Shown here piece after piece: positions 9,443-17,836 of a DNA stretch of 33,234 nt; position 1 is the stretch's first letter; each line of letters opens with the position of its first letter. Below the pieces are notes generated by a model, which was given only the letters and a program-made list of their open reading frames with translations, had not been told where the DNA came from and searched no databases. A program made the translations under genes and the position numbers. This stretch comes from an uncultured Zetaproteobacteria bacterium. GTDB lineage: Bacteria > Pseudomonadota > Zetaproteobacteria > Mariprofundales > Mariprofundaceae. The stretch is taken from the NCBI GenBank assembly GCA_947311795.1, contig CAMZLX010000111.1, positions 1-33,234 of the forward strand, written 5' to 3'.

Positions 9443-10270
9443 ATGACTTCAGACTTTTTTGCGCAAGTGCGCCAATGTTTCGCGAGCACAGATGTGGATG
9501 AGAAGCTTGGTTTGACCCATCATTTGGCAGCCCAAGTTCGCCAAAATAAAGTATATATCAAGCAGTCCTTGGTACACTTTGGTGAGGTTTTGACAAGCCA
9601 AAGCAATGGATTTCCAGACAAGCCTGCTTTGGTGAGCGCTGTGCAGGTGCCAAAACGTGGCTTTGGCACTGAAGAAGGGCGTGCTATCATGATACATGCC
9701 ATTGCCCATATCGAGTTTAATGCCATTAACCTTGCTTTGGATGCAGTGCAACGCTTTGCGGGCATGCCTGAAGCCTATTATGCTGATTGGCTACGTGTTG
9801 CCGATGAAGAAGCTTATCATTTTGAACTTATTCGAGCGCATTTACGTTTTCTAGGTGCGGACTATGGTGATTACCCTGCGCATCAGGGTTTGTGGGATAT
9901 GGCGGAGAAAACAGCGCATAGTGTATTGGAGCGTATGGCATTGGTACCTCGCGTGTTGGAGGCAAGAGGTTTGGATGTTACGCCGGGCATTCAAGATAAG
10001 CTACGGCAGGCAGGTGATAAACATGCTGCCACTATTTTGGATATTATTTTTGCCGATGAAGTGGGGCATGTTGAAGTGGGTACACGCTGGTTTCATCACT
10101 TATGTAAGCAAGAAGGGAAGAAACCTGATGAAACTTTCTTTGCACTGATTAAAAAGCACTTTCCTAAGGGTATTTATGGACCGTATAATGTTGAGGCTAG
10201 GGCAGCAGCAGGGTTTTCAGACAACGAAATTGAGCTGCTGCTAAAAGGGAAGCTCAAGAAACAAACCTAA
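9443..10270 (+). CDS. Ferritin-like DUF455 protein
   Basis: HAIAHIEFNAINLALD, EEAYHF, LEARGLDVTP, DEVGHV di-iron ligands. Confidence 0.88.
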   Translation: MTSDFFAQVRQCFASTDVDEKLGLTHHLAAQVRQNKVYIKQSLVHFGEVLTSQSNGFPDKPALVSAVQVPKRGFGTEEGRAIMIHAIAHIEFNAINLALDAVQRFAGMPEAYYADWLRVADEEAYHFELIRAHLRFLGADYGDYPAHQGLWDMAEKTAHSVLERMALVPRVLEARGLDVTPGIQDKLRQAGDKHAATILDIIFADEVGHVEVGTRWFHHLCKQEGKKPDETFFALIKKHFPKGIYGPYNVEARAAAGFSDNEIELLLKGKLKKQT

Positions 10271-10271
10271 T

Positions 10272-10862
10272 CTATTTTAAGGATTGATATTTGCGCATAA
10301 CCTTGGTTACATATCGTCTTGTTTCTGGGTAGTTAGGGATGTTGTTGCCTGCGTTTAAGACAGCAGTTGGGCCTGCATTGTAAGCCGCCAACGCCAACTG
10401 GTTATCACCTTTGAATCTCGCTAGTAATTGGCTGAAGTATCGCGTACCACCTTGAATGTTTTGTTTGGGATTGAAGCTGTCTTCCACCTCAAGCCCTTTT
10501 GCCGTGTTTGGCATCAGTTGCATCAGACCTTTTGCACCCACTTTAGACACTGCGCGCGGGTTAAATGCTGATTCAATATCCACAATGGCATGAATAAGAT
10601 TGGCATCAACGTCAAATTGTTTTGCGCTAGCTTGAATCAAGGGTAAAAATTTGGTTTTGTTGCGCTTGTATGCCTTGATGCTGTAATGCTTATTGCTTGC
10701 TTCAGTCAGTTGTGGGCGAAATATTGAAATGAGACGGAAAGAATTATCCTGTTTGTTATCAGTGAAGTAGAATTGACCATTGTTGTCTTTATAGGTATAA
10801 ATATCGGCTTGAACAATGTTAGGGGCAGCCAACAAACTTAATAAAACAAGAAGTGTTTTCAT
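10272..10862 (-). CDS. Secreted lytic transglycosylase (SLT domain with a DUF4124-like N-terminus)
   Basis: Signal peptide MKTLLVLL...VQA; IESAFN, GLMQLMP, AAYNAG, ETRRYV. Start moved to ATG 10862 to avoid overlapping mgtE. Confidence 0.88.
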   Translation of the reverse strand: MKTLLVLLSLLAAPNIVQADIYTYKDNNGQFYFTDNKQDNSFRLISIFRPQLTEASNKHYSIKAYKRNKTKFLPLIQASAKQFDVDANLIHAIVDIESAFNPRAVSKVGAKGLMQLMPNTAKGLEVEDSFNPKQNIQGGTRYFSQLLARFKGDNQLALAAYNAGPTAVLNAGNNIPNYPETRRYVTKVMRKYQSLK

Positions 10863-10869
10863 GTTGGTA

Positions 10870-12204
10870 TTACAGCAAGAAAATGGATGCAAGCCCCAAG
10901 AATGATAAAAATCCAATGACATCGGTTACGGTGGTGAGTATAGTGCCCGATGCTAAAGCAGGATCGATGTCCAAGCGTTGAAGCGTGAGTGGTATGAGTG
11001 CGCCAGCAAGCCCTGCGGCGATAAGATTTATCATGATGGCAGCTGCGATGATCAAGCCAAGGGTTGAACCGTATTCGGGGAACCAAAAGCTTGCCAAAAG
11101 ACCAATGAGAAGTGCAAAGCTAAGCCCTGTAACCATACTAACCCTGACTTCTTTGAATAAAGCGCGTTTGGCATTGGCAAAGGTTACCCGCCCCAGTGCA
11201 ATACCGCGCACCATAACTGTAAGGGTTTGGGTGCCTGCAATACCACCCATGCTAGCAACAATAGGCATCAATACAGCGAGTGCTACGATTTGCTCTAAAG
11301 TACCTTGAAACTGTGCAATCACTGCTGATGCAATCACGGCAGTCACCAAGTTGAACATCAGCCAGACACCGCGCCGCCAAGCGGTCATACGGACAGATTC
11401 TGCCAAGTCATCTTGGTTGGATAAACCCGCCAAATGGAACATATCTTCAGTGGCTTCTTCATGCACCACGTCGATAATATCATCGGCAGTAATGCGCCCA
11501 ACAAGCACACCTTTTTTGTCAACCACAGGCAAGGCAAGCACATCATATTTATGGAAAATACGCGCCACTTCTTCTTGGTCTTCTTCCACGGGAACAGTTG
11601 GGAAGTCGGCATCAGCAATGCGCCATATTTCTTCATCAGGCTCAGCAAACAATAAAGCATGAAGGGGGACCACACCTGTTAGTTTATCATGCTGGTTCAC
11701 CGCATAAATATAGGTGAGATTTTCAATGGATTTACCCCAGCGGCGAAGCACGCTTAAGGCTTTTTCAACTTGCCAGTCATCACGTACTTTGAAAAGCTCG
11801 GCTTGCATCAAGCCGCCCGCAGACTCCTCATCATGTGCCATCAACGGTTCAATGCCGCGCCTGTCTTCAGGGTCTAAGCCTTTAATCACTTCATCGGCGA
11901 CTTCGGGTTTAACCGACTGAAGAATGTCTGTGGCATCATCCGAGTCCAAGTGTTCTACAACTTCTTCAATGTCGCTGGTGTTGAGTTGCGCCAAAAGATC
12001 TTCTTTCATGCCTTCTGGTAATTCAAGTAGTGTATCACCAAGTAAATCTTCGGGAATATATGCGATAAGATGGAGTCGCTCTTCATCATTGCGGCATGAG
12101 AGGATAAGCGTAGCAAGCTCAGAAACATGCAGAGATGAAAGCTGTTTTGTCAGAGCTGAGCTCGTTAAATCAAGTGTCTCTTGAATATCTTTGTCACTTA
12201 ACAA
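10870..12204 (-). CDS. mgtE: Magnesium transporter MgtE
   Basis: MgtE_N repeats, CBS pair (SAGGLM...LPVVD...GRITADD), TM region with MGGIAGTQ and DPALASG...TTVTD. Confidence 0.95.
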   Translation of the reverse strand: MLSDKDIQETLDLTSSALTKQLSSLHVSELATLILSCRNDEERLHLIAYIPEDLLGDTLLELPEGMKEDLLAQLNTSDIEEVVEHLDSDDATDILQSVKPEVADEVIKGLDPEDRRGIEPLMAHDEESAGGLMQAELFKVRDDWQVEKALSVLRRWGKSIENLTYIYAVNQHDKLTGVVPLHALLFAEPDEEIWRIADADFPTVPVEEDQEEVARIFHKYDVLALPVVDKKGVLVGRITADDIIDVVHEEATEDMFHLAGLSNQDDLAESVRMTAWRRGVWLMFNLVTAVIASAVIAQFQGTLEQIVALAVLMPIVASMGGIAGTQTLTVMVRGIALGRVTFANAKRALFKEVRVSMVTGLSFALLIGLLASFWFPEYGSTLGLIIAAAIMINLIAAGLAGALIPLTLQRLDIDPALASGTILTTVTDVIGFLSFLGLASIFLL

Positions 12205-12205
12205 T

Positions 12206-13420
12206 TTAGCGCTCTCCTAAAATGTCTCTAAGTGTATTAGCGTCAATAGGGTGTCTTAGTAAAGTAAAGCCAAAAGCTTTTGCCTCTTTGGCGAATAAGC
12301 TACTCTCTTCCTTAGTGATTAAAATCATGCGCATATCCTGCCGCGATAAGGTGCGAATGTCTTGTATGTCTTGCAAATCAAGTTGGGTGTCTTGAAGCGT
12401 GCCATCAATGATGAGCGCATCAACACGCCATGATTCTTTTTTTATGTAGTGTAATGCTTTATTGGTTGATTGAAATGCCTTGGCTTGACACCCCCACGAA
12501 GATAATAGTGTTTTTAAACTGTCTCTGAGCATAATATTATCATTGATCGCAATTACCTTCATGCGCTGACGAATAACACTGTCAGCAATAGGTTGATCTG
12601 TTGTTTTTTGGGGTTCATAGATTGCTTTGAGCGCAATATAAAAGCATGATCCACGTCCAAGCCGTGAGCGTAATCCGATGGGGTGACCTAAGATATCACT
12701 TAATCGTTTGACAATGGCAAGACCTAAGCCTAATCCTGTTGGTGAGAGGGTTGGTTTTGAAAGCTTTGTAAATTCTTGGAAGATCAGCTTTTGCTTGTCT
12801 TTGGGGATACCAATGCCTGTATCATACACTTCAATTTGCCAATAAGCTTCATCACAAATTGTTTTTTCACGTATATTAAGCAAAACATTTGCTTTTTTAG
12901 CATGACGAAAAGCATTGAGCAGAATATTGGTCAGCATACGTTCAAGCTGAACGGGATCAGTCTTTGCATATGCTTTGCGTTGTCTAATTCTTAACTCTAC
13001 ACCATAAGAAGCAGCAATTGGCATAAATTTCATGCCGATATTGTGAATGAGTTTGTGTAGTGCAACAGGTTTGAGTTCAGGTTTTTCTGTGGTGTCTAGT
13101 TTTGAAATATCCAGCAGTTGGTTCAGTAGTTTAGACGTTGTAGCATGAGCTTCTTTAGCTTTATTAATAATGCTTGTTGTTTCTAAGTTAAGGTTGTCAG
13201 TATTGATGGATGCAAGGAATAGACCTAGAGCCTGGTGGGGCTGTTGTAAGTCATGGCTGGCCGTCGCTAGAAACTGTGTTTTTTTGGCGACTGTAGCTTT
13301 GTTTTGTTTATTAAGTTCGAGAATTTGATTATTTAAATGTTTATTGTCTTTTTTATGTTTCCAAAGCAAAATAATAACTAAACATAAAAGTAAAAAAAGA
13401 CTTATAGTTAGAAGTATCAT
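12206..13420 (-). CDS. Hybrid sensor histidine kinase (TM, HisKA, HATPase, degenerate receiver)
   Basis: H-box ASHDLQQP, N-box LTNILLNA, DTGIGI, IFQEF, GLGLGLAIV. Receiver-like C-terminus has INDN and HP in place of DD and KP. Confidence 0.9.
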   Translation of the reverse strand: MILLTISLFLLLCLVIILLWKHKKDNKHLNNQILELNKQNKATVAKKTQFLATASHDLQQPHQALGLFLASINTDNLNLETTSIINKAKEAHATTSKLLNQLLDISKLDTTEKPELKPVALHKLIHNIGMKFMPIAASYGVELRIRQRKAYAKTDPVQLERMLTNILLNAFRHAKKANVLLNIREKTICDEAYWQIEVYDTGIGIPKDKQKLIFQEFTKLSKPTLSPTGLGLGLAIVKRLSDILGHPIGLRSRLGRGSCFYIALKAIYEPQKTTDQPIADSVIRQRMKVIAINDNIMLRDSLKTLLSSWGCQAKAFQSTNKALHYIKKESWRVDALIIDGTLQDTQLDLQDIQDIRTLSRQDMRMILITKEESSLFAKEAKAFGFTLLRHPIDANTLRDILGER

Positions 13421-14049
13421 AAAATACCAAGTTCGAGGGCTTTCTGTACAGCTTGGGTGCGATTTTTTACGCCTAAAACAGAAAAGATATGGCGCACATG
13501 AACCTTGACTGTGGCTTCACTCAAGTCCAATTCGTATGCAATAACTTTGTTTTGCTGTCCTTTGTGGAGGTAATGTAAAATATCCATTTGTCGGGAGGTG
13601 AGTGACGCTGTCTCTGGTCTTGGTTCTATATTTAAGGTTTGTTGTTCCAGCATAAGTGGAGGAATATATGTCCCACCAGCCAAAATAAGTTGTAAAGCGG
13701 CGAGCAGCACAGATGTTTCACTGCTTTTTTGGATAAACCCTTTAGCACCAAAATTAATAGCTTTTTGTACATCTTTAGGGTTTTCAGATCCTGAAATCAT
13801 CACAATAGTTGCGTGTGGTAAAAAAGTTCTGATTTGTTGAAGCAGGGTGAGTCCATCCATGCCAGGCATGTCTATGTCAGTTAAAATCAAACCAAGATCT
13901 TTATTTTTATGAATAATCTTTAATGCTGTGGCTGAGTTTTCAGCTGTAAGTATTTCTGGTGTCTCACCTTGAAACTTTTCTTTGCTTAAGATACTGGAAA
14001 GGCTATCACGAAACAGCGGGTGGTCATCAATAATTAAGATTTTTGACAC
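13417..14049 (-). CDS. NarL/LuxR-family response regulator
   Basis: IIDDH, LTDIDMP, LTSRQ...IAYELDLSEATVKVHV HTH; 4-bp overlap with the kinase. Confidence 0.93.
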   Translation of the reverse strand: MSKILIIDDHPLFRDSLSSILSKEKFQGETPEILTAENSATALKIIHKNKDLGLILTDIDMPGMDGLTLLQQIRTFLPHATIVMISGSENPKDVQKAINFGAKGFIQKSSETSVLLAALQLILAGGTYIPPLMLEQQTLNIEPRPETASLTSRQMDILHYLHKGQQNKVIAYELDLSEATVKVHVRHIFSVLGVKNRTQAVQKALELGIL

Positions 14050-14395
14050 GGTTTATCTCCCATACACATTTAAGATTTTGACCATTTTGCAAATTAGGTC
14101 GCAAGAAGGCAAGTTGAAAAAGGATTAATCCTTTAGATGTGTAGCCTAAGTTGCTAATAATGCTAGAATACATGTATCGGTAGAATAAGAGGCTTGTTTG
14201 AAAAAGGAATAAAAGATAAGAAAAAACGAGACGTACGAATGATGAGATGGTTAATTTTCGATGTAAGCACTTGTTATTCAAGCTTTTTTTTCTTGCGTTC
14301 GTTGTGATAAATATTACCAAGAGCGGGCGTGTTGGGAACAGGGAGTTGCACATGTTTTTTTTCGTATCGTAATTTACACATCAAGAAGGTGTTGG

Positions 14396-14412
14396 TTTGC
14401 CTGTCAGGCAAA
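14396..14412. promoter_or_regulatory. Perfect 17-bp palindrome, candidate operator
   Basis: TTTGCCTG-T-CAGGCAAA in the divergent intergenic region. Confidence 0.4.
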
Positions 14413-14475
14413 GGATGATTTTTTTAAAAAAATAGTTAATCCTATTGTATAGTGAACAATAAAAAGGAGAGTAAG

Positions 14476-14952
14476 ATGAAATATATTTTAACTTTAGTGA
14501 TAATGATGTTGCCAGCGATGGTTTGGGCAGCACCAGAGGTGAAAGTCGACATTACGGCTGAAAAGATTGTCATGGTTGAGAAAGACGGTAAGAAAGTTGA
14601 GCAGCGTGTTGTCGCAAGCGAAGTCCTTCCTGGTGATGTTTTGATATACACCTTAAGTTTTAAAAATGTTGGCGATGAGTCTGCAAAAGACATCAACATT
14701 GATGACCCTATCCCCAATGACACTGTGTATGTCGTCGATTCAGCCTATGGCCCAGGTTCTGAAATTTTCTTTTCCATTGATGATGGTAAAACGTTTAAGC
14801 AACCCAGCCTACTTAGTTACGAAATAAATGTGAGCGGCAAGAAAGTGAAGCGCAAGGCATCGCCGGAGCAATATACACATGTTCGCTGGTCTGTCCCTGA
14901 AGTGAGGGTTGGTCAGAGCGGTGTGGCAAGTTTTCGTGTTCGAGTCCAGTAG
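14476..14952 (+). CDS. Small secreted DUF11-domain protein
   Basis: SD AAGGAG, ATG 14476, signal peptide ending VWA; PGDVLIYTLSFKNVG...DDPIP...Y; ends SFRVRVQ. Confidence 0.85.
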   Translation: MKYILTLVIMMLPAMVWAAPEVKVDITAEKIVMVEKDGKKVEQRVVASEVLPGDVLIYTLSFKNVGDESAKDINIDDPIPNDTVYVVDSAYGPGSEIFFSIDDGKTFKQPSLLSYEINVSGKKVKRKASPEQYTHVRWSVPEVRVGQSGVASFRVRVQ

Positions 14953-15021
14953 AAGGTTGGCGATGATGAATAAGCCAAGAAAAATGCAAGCCAGGAAAAG
15001 AAGTAAGGCTTATGCTATTCG

Positions 15022-15179
15022 AGAGGGGCCACCATGAATGCCCTCTAAAGGTTCAAAACAAATGTTGTGCTGAAAGCAGGGCGTTTGTTTGTCACTCTAG
15101 CTACGTGAGGGACGTAGTGGATCAGTTTGTTTGACTCAAATGATCAACAATGCCTGCGGGCAAAATACATCTTCGGATG
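15022..15179 (+). ncRNA. Putative structured intergenic/leader RNA (six consecutive hairpins)
   Basis: Stems at 15022-46, 15056-90, 15101-17, 15120-45, 15151-62 (C-UGCG-G loop) and 15168-79 (C-UUCG-G loop), directly before SD AAGGAGG. Confidence 0.45.
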
Positions 15180-15200
15180 ACAAAAAAGGAGGGTATGAAT

Positions 15201-16451
15201 ATGAACTTCATATCAAAAATAAAACAAGGGGTCTTGCAACTGGCAGCGATTGCTGTCGTTGTTGGTGTGTCTGTGGCATTGCCGCAAACTGCATCAGCCA
15301 ACACAGGTGCAAATGCAACGATTCTCAATGTTGTTACGGTAAACTATAAAGATGCTGGTGGCGTAACTTCGTATGCGGAAACAGCTTTCTCTACAGTGAC
15401 TGTAAACTTGGTTGGTGCATTGCCAACGATTGCTACGGTGGCTGACCAAACGGTTGCTTCTGGTAGTACAGCAACCTACGTCTATACTATAACGTCTAAT
15501 GCGAATGGTTCAGACACCTATAATATTACAGCGGCGAACACAGCTACTAATGTTACAGGCTCTAGTTCTACACCTTCTGTAGCAAGTATTGTGTTGGGTT
15601 CATCGGTTGTAACTGCGGTAACAGCAGTTGATACTGTTCAAATCCCTGCAGGTTCAGCAACGAACTTGGTGGTGGGTGATGTTGTAGTTATTGGTGGTGT
15701 TGATTATCTAATTTCAGCGCTTTCTTCAGCGAATGGTACAGCAGCAAGCCATGCTAATACGCCAGGCGATGGTCAAGCAGGTGTTACAACTGCAGAAGTA
15801 CCAGTGCTTGTAACTTTGGTTGCTAACAACACTGCAGCCAGTGCAACAACAGTTGCAGGTTCGAATGTTGTACCTGCATTTACTGTGGGCACAACACCAG
15901 CGACAACAGCTAATGTTGTGGGTGGGCTGATTGCTGAACAAGGCACATTTACTGTTGCTGTAACTGGTACGGCTGGTCCAAATCCTGGTCCAGGTACAGT
16001 GGTTACACCAATTACCGTTACCCCAGTAACAGTTCCTCCGGTTGGTCCTCCAACGATTACTACACCTGGTGTCACGACAACATTCAGTGGTCCTGACCTT
16101 GCAATTACAAAAGAAGTCAGTGTTGATGGTGGTGCGACCTTTGCTGCAACAGGTTCTGGAGCACCAGGCAGCACATTGACGTACCGCATTACTGTAACCA
16201 ACAACGGTACAGGCGATGCAACTTCTGTAATTGTGACTGATCCTATGCCTTTGTATACCACGTATACAGCAGGTACAGCTAAGTCTGATACAGTAATAGG
16301 TACAACATATGTAGCTGCACCAACAGTACTTACTGATGCGGTTGATGTCCCTGAGCCATATGACTTTACGGCAAATACAGCAACATTAAATGTTGGTACA
16401 TTGGTGGGTGGCGCAACAACAGTGTTGTTCTATCAAGTTACGATTGATTAA
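15201..16451 (+). CDS. Secreted Thr/Ala/Val-rich DUF11 protein, putative major filament subunit
   Basis: SD AAGGAGG 8 nt before ATG 15201; signal peptide ending ASA; C-terminal DLAITK...PGSTLTYRITVTN...DPMP...YQVTID. Confidence 0.85.
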   Translation: MNFISKIKQGVLQLAAIAVVVGVSVALPQTASANTGANATILNVVTVNYKDAGGVTSYAETAFSTVTVNLVGALPTIATVADQTVASGSTATYVYTITSNANGSDTYNITAANTATNVTGSSSTPSVASIVLGSSVVTAVTAVDTVQIPAGSATNLVVGDVVVIGGVDYLISALSSANGTAASHANTPGDGQAGVTTAEVPVLVTLVANNTAASATTVAGSNVVPAFTVGTTPATTANVVGGLIAEQGTFTVAVTGTAGPNPGPGTVVTPITVTPVTVPPVGPPTITTPGVTTTFSGPDLAITKEVSVDGGATFAATGSGAPGSTLTYRITVTNNGTGDATSVIVTDPMPLYTTYTAGTAKSDTVIGTTYVAAPTVLTDAVDVPEPYDFTANTATLNVGTLVGGATTVLFYQVTID

Positions 16452-16460
16452 GAAAAGTTT

Positions 16461-16504
16461 TGCTTATGTACGTGGTCTTACTATTAAAGCCACGTACATG
16501 AGCA
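16461..16504 (+). other. Long intergenic stem-loop without a U-tract (mRNA stabiliser or partial terminator)
   Basis: TGCTTATGTACGTGG / CCACGTACATGAGCA, 15-bp stem. Confidence 0.65.
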
Positions 16505-16551
16505 TATTAATGTAAGACCTTAAACTAAGGTTTTAAAAAAGGAGAAGGAAA

Positions 16552-17727
16552 ATGAAAAGAATGATAAAAAATGGGATGCTAGCATTGTCTGCATCACTGT
16601 TGCTTGTTGCAGCTAGTGGTACGGCTCATGCGGTTGCACCCGCAAACAGTGTTATTACAAACACGGCAAGCTTAACATATACGGGTTTGGTGACACCGAT
16701 TACAGCAAGCGTTGACCTTACGGTTTCTTTGGTTGTGACTGCACCAGGTATTTCAGATGGCGCGGCAAGCGCTGTGTTACCAGCTGATATTACCGTAGTT
16801 GAAGGAACTACAGGTACTGTGCCTATGACATTTACTGCGCAAAGTAATGGCGTAGATACATTTAATGTGTCAGGTACAGGTGCTAGCACCAACACGACTG
16901 GTACAACACCACCAACGTATACAACGACTGCAGGTACGCCGTTGACGCAAGTGACATTGGGTGCAACTGCACTGAGTGCGAATGCAGCAATCGGTGATAC
17001 AGTGCTTACAGTTCCATCTGATGGTGTAAATAATGGTCAAGTGAATGGTTTAACTGCTGGTGATACTGTTGTTATTGGTGGTGTTCCATACACAATTGCT
17101 AGTGTTGTTGATAATGCAACAGGTAGCTCAACTATAACGTTAACTACGCCATTGACGACAGCTCCTGTAGTTGGTGATTTGATTGCTGAAACAGTTGATG
17201 TTTTGATGGTGCTTACCAATGCTGGTACCTTTACAAACATCGCAAACCCTGGTTTTACAGATGTAACAACGACATTGACATCTGTAACAGATCCAGCAGT
17301 AACGTCTTCTGATGTTGTTCGTGTAAACCTTACTTCTGTAACGTTTACCAAATTGGTTCGTAATGTGACCAATCCTAACAGTGTGGCTGGTGCGGTTGGT
17401 ACCACAGTTGGTGCATCTACATACTTTGATACGGCTGGCAGCGTCACTGCTGTAACTGGTGACGTATTGGAATACTATATCGCAGTAACAGTGCCAGCAG
17501 GTGGTACTGCATTGTCGACAGCGAAAATTGTGGATGATGTTCCAGCGTTTACGACGTATGTGGCAGGTTCTACAACATTGAATGCTGTAGCTGCGGTTGA
17601 TGTTGGTGGTACGACACCATTGGCAACAGTGAATGGTGGTATGCCTGTAAACGATGCTGGCTCTGCTGCTGGTGTAGTTGCAGCGGGTGCTACTGCAGAA
17701 GTTACTTTCCAAGTAACAGTTCAGTAA
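16552..17727 (+). CDS. Second secreted DUF11 subunit, paralog of 15201-16451
   Basis: SD GGAGAAGG; signal peptide ending AHA; shared NGxDT(Y/F)N and GxLIAE motifs; C-terminal TFTK...GDVLEY...DDVP...FQVTVQ. Confidence 0.85.
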   Translation: MKRMIKNGMLALSASLLLVAASGTAHAVAPANSVITNTASLTYTGLVTPITASVDLTVSLVVTAPGISDGAASAVLPADITVVEGTTGTVPMTFTAQSNGVDTFNVSGTGASTNTTGTTPPTYTTTAGTPLTQVTLGATALSANAAIGDTVLTVPSDGVNNGQVNGLTAGDTVVIGGVPYTIASVVDNATGSSTITLTTPLTTAPVVGDLIAETVDVLMVLTNAGTFTNIANPGFTDVTTTLTSVTDPAVTSSDVVRVNLTSVTFTKLVRNVTNPNSVAGAVGTTVGASTYFDTAGSVTAVTGDVLEYYIAVTVPAGGTALSTAKIVDDVPAFTTYVAGSTTLNAVAAVDVGGTTPLATVNGGMPVNDAGSAAGVVAAGATAEVTFQVTVQ

Positions 17728-17749
17728 GAACGTTAAGTAAGTAAAGCGA

Positions 17750-17836
17750 AGTGATGCTGAACATCAAACAATATGCGCAAGGCGCACTATCTACATTCGT
17801 AGATGGTGCGTTTGGCATGTTGCGTTCAGCATTACT
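17750..17836 (+). other. 87-nt hairpin overlapping the start of the large gene
   Basis: Outer stem AGTGATGCTGAAC/GTTCAGCATTACT and inner stem GCGCACTATCTAC-ATTC-GTAGATGGTGCGT. Confidence 0.7.

Noticed and set aside
14332-14350. Possible sigma54 promoter TTGGGAACAGGGAGTTGCA
   Set aside because: GG-to-GC spacing is 11 nt rather than the strict 10.
14027-14353. 108-aa minus ORF in the divergent promoter region
   Set aside because: Low-complexity AT-rich translation, overlaps the regulator start, no recognisable motif.
14953-15200. c-di-GMP-I (GEMM) riboswitch upstream of a surface-structure gene
   Set aside because: The conserved GGCAAAC...GAAA...GACGCAAAG core and P2 layout are not present; kept only as an unclassified structured RNA.
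15150-15200. N-terminal extension of the 433-aa ORF call
   Set aside because: It lies in the hairpin leader; SD AAGGAGG and signal-peptide length support ATG 15201.
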